The translations under genes and the position numbers were made by a program. Source: an uncultured Bacilli bacterium (lineage in GTDB: Bacteria; Bacillota_I; Bacilli_A; RF39; UBA660). Taken from it: a stretch of DNA of 32,765 nucleotides. The notes below the pieces were generated by a model. It searched no databases and was not told the origin of the DNA. It worked only from the letters and a program-made list of their open reading frames with translations. Within the stretch, counting starts at the first letter, position 1. Every line of letters starts with the position of its first letter. This document shows positions 28,637 through 32,765 of this stretch, piece after piece. Where the stretch lies: assembly GCA_944363815.1 (NCBI GenBank), contig CALVVI010000003.1, positions 1-32,765 of the forward strand, in the 5' to 3' direction.

Positions 28637-29257
28637 ATGGAAAAAAAATTAACACCTAGACAACAAGAGATATTAACATATATAAAAAAATATAGTGCAA
28701 TGCATGGTTATCCACCAGCAATAAGAGAGATATGTGCAGGAGTGGGTTTAAGTAGTCCAGCAACAGTATTTGTGCATATAAAGAACTTGGAAAAAAATGG
28801 TTTTATTAAATCAACAAACAATAAGTTTCGGACTATTGAGCTTTTAGTCGATAATGAATATTTAGAAAAAAATGAGGATGTAATAAAGGTTCCGCTTTTA
28901 GGTAAAATTACTGCAGGTAATCCAATTACTGCAATTGAACAACCTGATGAATATTTTGATTTACCGGCATCATTAATGCCTAAAAGTGGAGAGGTATTTA
29001 CTCTTCATGTAAGTGGTGAATCAATGATTAACAAAGGGATTTATGATAACGATTATGTTATTGTAAAACGACAAAATGATGCTAAGAATGGGGATATAGT
29101 TGTTGCGATGACTGATGAAAATGAAGTAACATTAAAAACATTTTATAAGGAAAAAGATCATATTAGATTACAACCTGAAAATGATACTATGGAACCTTTA
29201 ATATTTCCAAATATAACGATATTGGGAAAAGCTGTTGGTTTGTACCGAAAAATATAA
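28637..29257 (+). CDS. lexA: SOS repressor LexA
   Basis: GYPPAIREI, ITAG cleavage site, GESMI serine, VTLKTF lysine. Confidence 0.97.
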   Translation: MEKKLTPRQQEILTYIKKYSAMHGYPPAIREICAGVGLSSPATVFVHIKNLEKNGFIKSTNNKFRTIELLVDNEYLEKNEDVIKVPLLGKITAGNPITAIEQPDEYFDLPASLMPKSGEVFTLHVSGESMINKGIYDNDYVIVKRQNDAKNGDIVVAMTDENEVTLKTFYKEKDHIRLQPENDTMEPLIFPNITILGKAVGLYRKI

Positions 29258-29264
29258 TATTGTG

Positions 29265-29298
29265 AAACTAGTTACATTTAATTGTAGCTAGTTTTTTT
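29265..29298 (+). terminator. Terminator after lexA
   Basis: aaactagttaca...tgtagctagttttttt. Confidence 0.7.
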
Positions 29299-29413
29299 GT
29301 CAAGTTGTGTAAATCGTTGCTGTAAAATAGTTGACTAGAAAAAAAGACTTATTTTATAATTTAGTTAAGCTAGAAGTCTAGCAATCTATATTAGATTTTA
29401 AGGAGGAAAAGAA

Positions 29414-30586
29414 ATGTTAAAAACCAAGGTTGGTTATAGTGAAAATGTCGATGCATTTTCTTCAGGTGTTGAAACAGCAACTATGGCAAATGTAGTAGAT
29501 AATCCCCAAGTTGGATTACTGTTTACTAGTTGTGTTCAAGACCAAAAAGAAATTATGAAAGGAGCAAAAAGTGTTTTAGGTGATGTGCCAATCATCGGAT
29601 GTACTTCATCAGCAGCACTTTGTACTCAAGATGGATATCTAAATAAAGAAACTGGATATTCAGGAATGATGTTATTCGGTGGAGATGTGGAAGTTGTTAC
29701 TGCTGGAAGTGCTAAAACTAATGAAGCACCTAGAGAAATAGGGGCACGTATTGCTAAAGAAGCTATTTCTAAACGAAAAGGTGAAGATAAAGAACCGGAT
29801 TTCTTCTTTATGAGTGCAAGTCCTGCAAATGAAGAAGAATATCTAAAAGGTATTCAAGATGTTATTGGAAATATTCCAGTATTTGGAGGTTCTGCTGCCG
29901 ATAATACAGTTGAAGGTAAATGGAGCTTACTTAATGATGGCGAAGCATTTGCAGACGGCTGTGTTATAGCAATATTCTATACTGATGGCAAGATGGCTAA
30001 TATTTATACTGGAGCATATCATGAAACAGATAACGCTGGTATCATTACAAAAGTTGAAGGAAGTAGAACTCTAGTTGAAATCGACCATGAACCAGCACTT
30101 AAAAAATATGCTGAATGGACAAATCAAAATGTGGAAGATTTAATGGGTGGAAATCTACTTACTGCAACAATTTGTGCACCACTTGGAGTAAAAGATCCGA
30201 TTGGAAAAGTTACAGCTGTTCGTCATCCAATGGCAGGAAATCCTGACTATTCCATGAATATTGGAGCAGACCTTGCTGTTAATACTGCTGTAATTCAACT
30301 TACAAATACACCAGAAGGAATTTTAAAAGCCAATGAAGAAACTATAGAAAAATTAAATAACTTAATGGGTGAAGATGTAAATTCTTATTTTCTAGTTCAT
30401 TGCGGAGGACGTCGTTTAGGTTTAGCACTTGCTAATATTGAAGATAAAATTTATCCAGAAGTTAAGAAGGCTATACCTAATAAAGAATTCTTGATGGTCT
30501 TTACATTCGGAGAATATGGCCAAGGAGATCACTCATCTAATACAGTTGGTGGATTATCACTTTCATATACTGGATTTGGTGAATAA
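29414..30586 (+). CDS. FIST-domain protein
   Basis: IIGCTS, PVFGGSAADN, LVEIDHEPA, HCGGRR, FTFGEYG. Confidence 0.85.
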   Translation: MLKTKVGYSENVDAFSSGVETATMANVVDNPQVGLLFTSCVQDQKEIMKGAKSVLGDVPIIGCTSSAALCTQDGYLNKETGYSGMMLFGGDVEVVTAGSAKTNEAPREIGARIAKEAISKRKGEDKEPDFFFMSASPANEEEYLKGIQDVIGNIPVFGGSAADNTVEGKWSLLNDGEAFADGCVIAIFYTDGKMANIYTGAYHETDNAGIITKVEGSRTLVEIDHEPALKKYAEWTNQNVEDLMGGNLLTATICAPLGVKDPIGKVTAVRHPMAGNPDYSMNIGADLAVNTAVIQLTNTPEGILKANEETIEKLNNLMGEDVNSYFLVHCGGRRLGLALANIEDKIYPEVKKAIPNKEFLMVFTFGEYGQGDHSSNTVGGLSLSYTGFGE

Positions 30587-30613
30587 AGAAATAAAGAATA
30601 AAAAGGAGAGAAA

Positions 30614-32050
30614 ATGAAAAGTTTAATAGGAAGTAGTTGGAGAGATTCAAGCGATGGTAAAGTAATAAACGTTATGAATCCAGCCACTAATGAACTTGTA
30701 GATACTGTACCAAGTTTAACAAAAGAAGATGTTGAAGAAGCAATTAAATATGCTAAAAACAAGCAAAAAGAATGGGAAGCTTTATCAGTAGTTGCTAGAT
30801 GTGAAATACTAACAAAGTTCGCCGCATTAGTGGAACAAAACAAAGATGAACTTGCCAAACTTTTATCTGATGAAACTGGAAAACCAATTAAAGAAGCATA
30901 TAATGAAATTGCAAACATTCAAATTGGAGTTCCAGCTTATGTCGAAAAAGTTAAGCATGAATATGGGAATATTATCTATAGAGGAACAGAAAAGGGGCAA
31001 GAAAATACAATTCAATATACAATTCAACAACCTCTTGGAGTAGTAGTTGCGATTATTCCATTTAATTTCCCAAGTGATATTTTTATCAATAAAGTACCCC
31101 CAGCATTATTAATGGGAAATGCTGTTATTCTTAAACCTGCAAGCGCTAATCCACTTACTTTAACTAGATATGTGGAATTACTTGTTGAAGCAGGTGTTCC
31201 AGCAGGAATAATTTCTGTAGTACATGGATCTGGTTCTGTTGTTGGAACAACTCTTACAAGTAGTAAAATGGTAGATATGGTAAGTCTTACCGGTTCAACT
31301 GCTGCAGGAATCGATGCTGCTAAAAATTGTGCGGAACATTGTGCTCATAGTTCTTTAGAACTTGGTGGAAATGATGCATTTATTCTATGTGCTGATGGTG
31401 ATATCGATTTAGCAGTTGAAGAAACTGTTTGGGGAAGACTTTATAATACTGGTCAAGTATGTTGTGCTAGTAAGAGATTCTTAGTAGAAAACTCTGTTAA
31501 AGATGAATTTATCAATAAAATGGTCGCTAAAATTAAGACATTAAAGGTAGGTATGCCAAGTGAAATGGATACTGATATTGGATGTTTAATTAGTGAAGAA
31601 GCTGCTATCGAAGTAGAAAAACAAGTAAATAAGACGATTGAACAAGGAGCTAAGCTTGTCTGCGGTGGTAGAAGAAAAGGGGCTTTCTATGAACCAGCAA
31701 TTTTAGATAATGTAACTCGTGACATGGATGTTGCTAAAGATATGGAAATATTCGGTCCAGTTATTCCTGTAATTGGTTTTGATACAATCGAAGAAGCGGT
31801 AGAAATTGCTAATCAATCAATCTATGGCTTATCTGGTTCAATCATTACAAGAGATTTCAATAAAGCCATCAAGGTAAGTGAGGCCATGGAATGTGGAGGA
31901 TTTGTAATTAATGGTGCAAGTTTCTTCAGATCATTTGAACAACCTTTCGGTGGCTGGAAGTATTCTGGAATCGGTAATGAAGGAATCATGACAACTCTAA
32001 AAGAAATGTCTAGAACAAAAACTGTTATTTTAAAAAATGTTACAAAATAA
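30614..32050 (+). CDS. NAD(P)-dependent aldehyde dehydrogenase (lactaldehyde/succinate-semialdehyde DH-like)
   Basis: IIPFNFP, LTGST, LELGGND, GQVCCA, EIFGPV, PFGGWKYSGIGNEG. Confidence 0.93.
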   Translation: MKSLIGSSWRDSSDGKVINVMNPATNELVDTVPSLTKEDVEEAIKYAKNKQKEWEALSVVARCEILTKFAALVEQNKDELAKLLSDETGKPIKEAYNEIANIQIGVPAYVEKVKHEYGNIIYRGTEKGQENTIQYTIQQPLGVVVAIIPFNFPSDIFINKVPPALLMGNAVILKPASANPLTLTRYVELLVEAGVPAGIISVVHGSGSVVGTTLTSSKMVDMVSLTGSTAAGIDAAKNCAEHCAHSSLELGGNDAFILCADGDIDLAVEETVWGRLYNTGQVCCASKRFLVENSVKDEFINKMVAKIKTLKVGMPSEMDTDIGCLISEEAAIEVEKQVNKTIEQGAKLVCGGRRKGAFYEPAILDNVTRDMDVAKDMEIFGPVIPVIGFDTIEEAVEIANQSIYGLSGSIITRDFNKAIKVSEAMECGGFVINGASFFRSFEQPFGGWKYSGIGNEGIMTTLKEMSRTKTVILKNVTK

Positions 32051-32100
32051 TTTAAAGAGCAAGAGTGTTCTTGCTCTTTAATAAATTAAGGAGGGATTTT

Positions 32101-32765
32101 ATGTTTGATTATAAAGGAAGAGTAGTTGTTATGACTGGAGCATCATCCGGTCTAGGTATGCAAATGGCTAGAGGGTTTGCTCGCCAAGGGGCTAATCTAG
32201 TTTTGATGGCCAGAAGAATTGAAAGACTTGAAGAATTTGCCAGAGAATTGGAGGCAATGGGAGTTAGTGCATTACCAGTAAAATGTGATGTTACAAATGT
32301 TTCAGAAGTAAATGAGGCCGCAAAAATAGTTGAAGAAAAATTTGGCAAAGTAGATGTACTTGTCAATTGTGCAGGAAGTGCTAAAAATAACGGTGTACTT
32401 AATATGACTGATGAAGAATGGGCGTTTACAATTGATACAGATATGAATAGTGTATTTTATGTAACAAGAGCATTTGCCAATATTATGAAGAAGAATAATT
32501 ATGGTAGAATTATCAATATTGCTTCAATGTATGGAATGGTTGGTAATATGGCTATGGATACGGTTGCATATCATACTAGTAAAGGGGGAGTAATAAACTT
32601 TACTAGAGCAGTAGCTGCAGAGCTTGCTAAATATGGTATTACTTGTAATGCTATTTGTCCAGGATATTTTGATACAGAACTTACGCATGAAACACTTATA
32701 ACTGATTCGTTTACGCAATATATGAAGGCTACTGTGCCTGTTGGAAGATATGGCCATGAGGGAGA
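32101..32765 (+). CDS. Short-chain dehydrogenase/reductase (gluconate 5-DH-like), truncated by window end
   Basis: Missing from the ORF track. MFDYKGRVVVMTGASSGLG, NCAG, IINIASMYG, YHTSK (YxxxK); RBS GGAGG. Confidence 0.92.
   Translation, partial: MFDYKGRVVVMTGASSGLGMQMARGFARQGANLVLMARRIERLEEFARELEAMGVSALPVKCDVTNVSEVNEAAKIVEEKFGKVDVLVNCAGSAKNNGVLNMTDEEWAFTIDTDMNSVFYVTRAFANIMKKNNYGRIINIASMYGMVGNMAMDTVAYHTSKGGVINFTRAVAAELAKYGITCNAICPGYFDTELTHETLITDSFTQYMKATVPVGRYGHEG

Overview
Low-GC Bacillota (Bacilli-like, standard genetic code) chromosomal window. The left end (139-4056) is a complete, apparently non-phage diversity-generating retroelement (DGR). It comprises a 497-aa secreted/surface target with a C-terminal variable repeat (VR 1435-1548), two GC-rich hairpins, a template repeat (TR 1829-1930) in a structured RNA, a MutS-I-like accessory ORF, avd, a YMDD reverse transcriptase and a second small ORF. 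It is bracketed by a probable IS200/IS605-family end and an unannotated type I toxin-antitoxin-like module. Housekeeping genes follow: dGTPase-like HD protein, M16 peptidase pair, rpsD, glmS with its ribozyme, ftsA, ftsZ. A ~5.8-kb accessory island lies between ftsZ and spoIIGA. It holds three tandem mosaic DUF1016/YhcG nuclease genes, each with a different in-gene DNA palindrome at the same codon position. It also holds an AlbA_2/HATPase/HTH gene followed by a 12-bp tandem array, an XRE regulator and a broken paralog of the DGR target. The right part has spoIIGA-sigE-[insert]-sigG-ylmC-lspA-rluD, a rhomboid protease, tRNA-Arg(CCT), a glycolipid synthase, lexA with a divergent unannotated SOS-box-controlled small membrane ORF, and a FIST-ALDH-SDR operon. 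All family assignments come from motif recognition by eye, not database searches.
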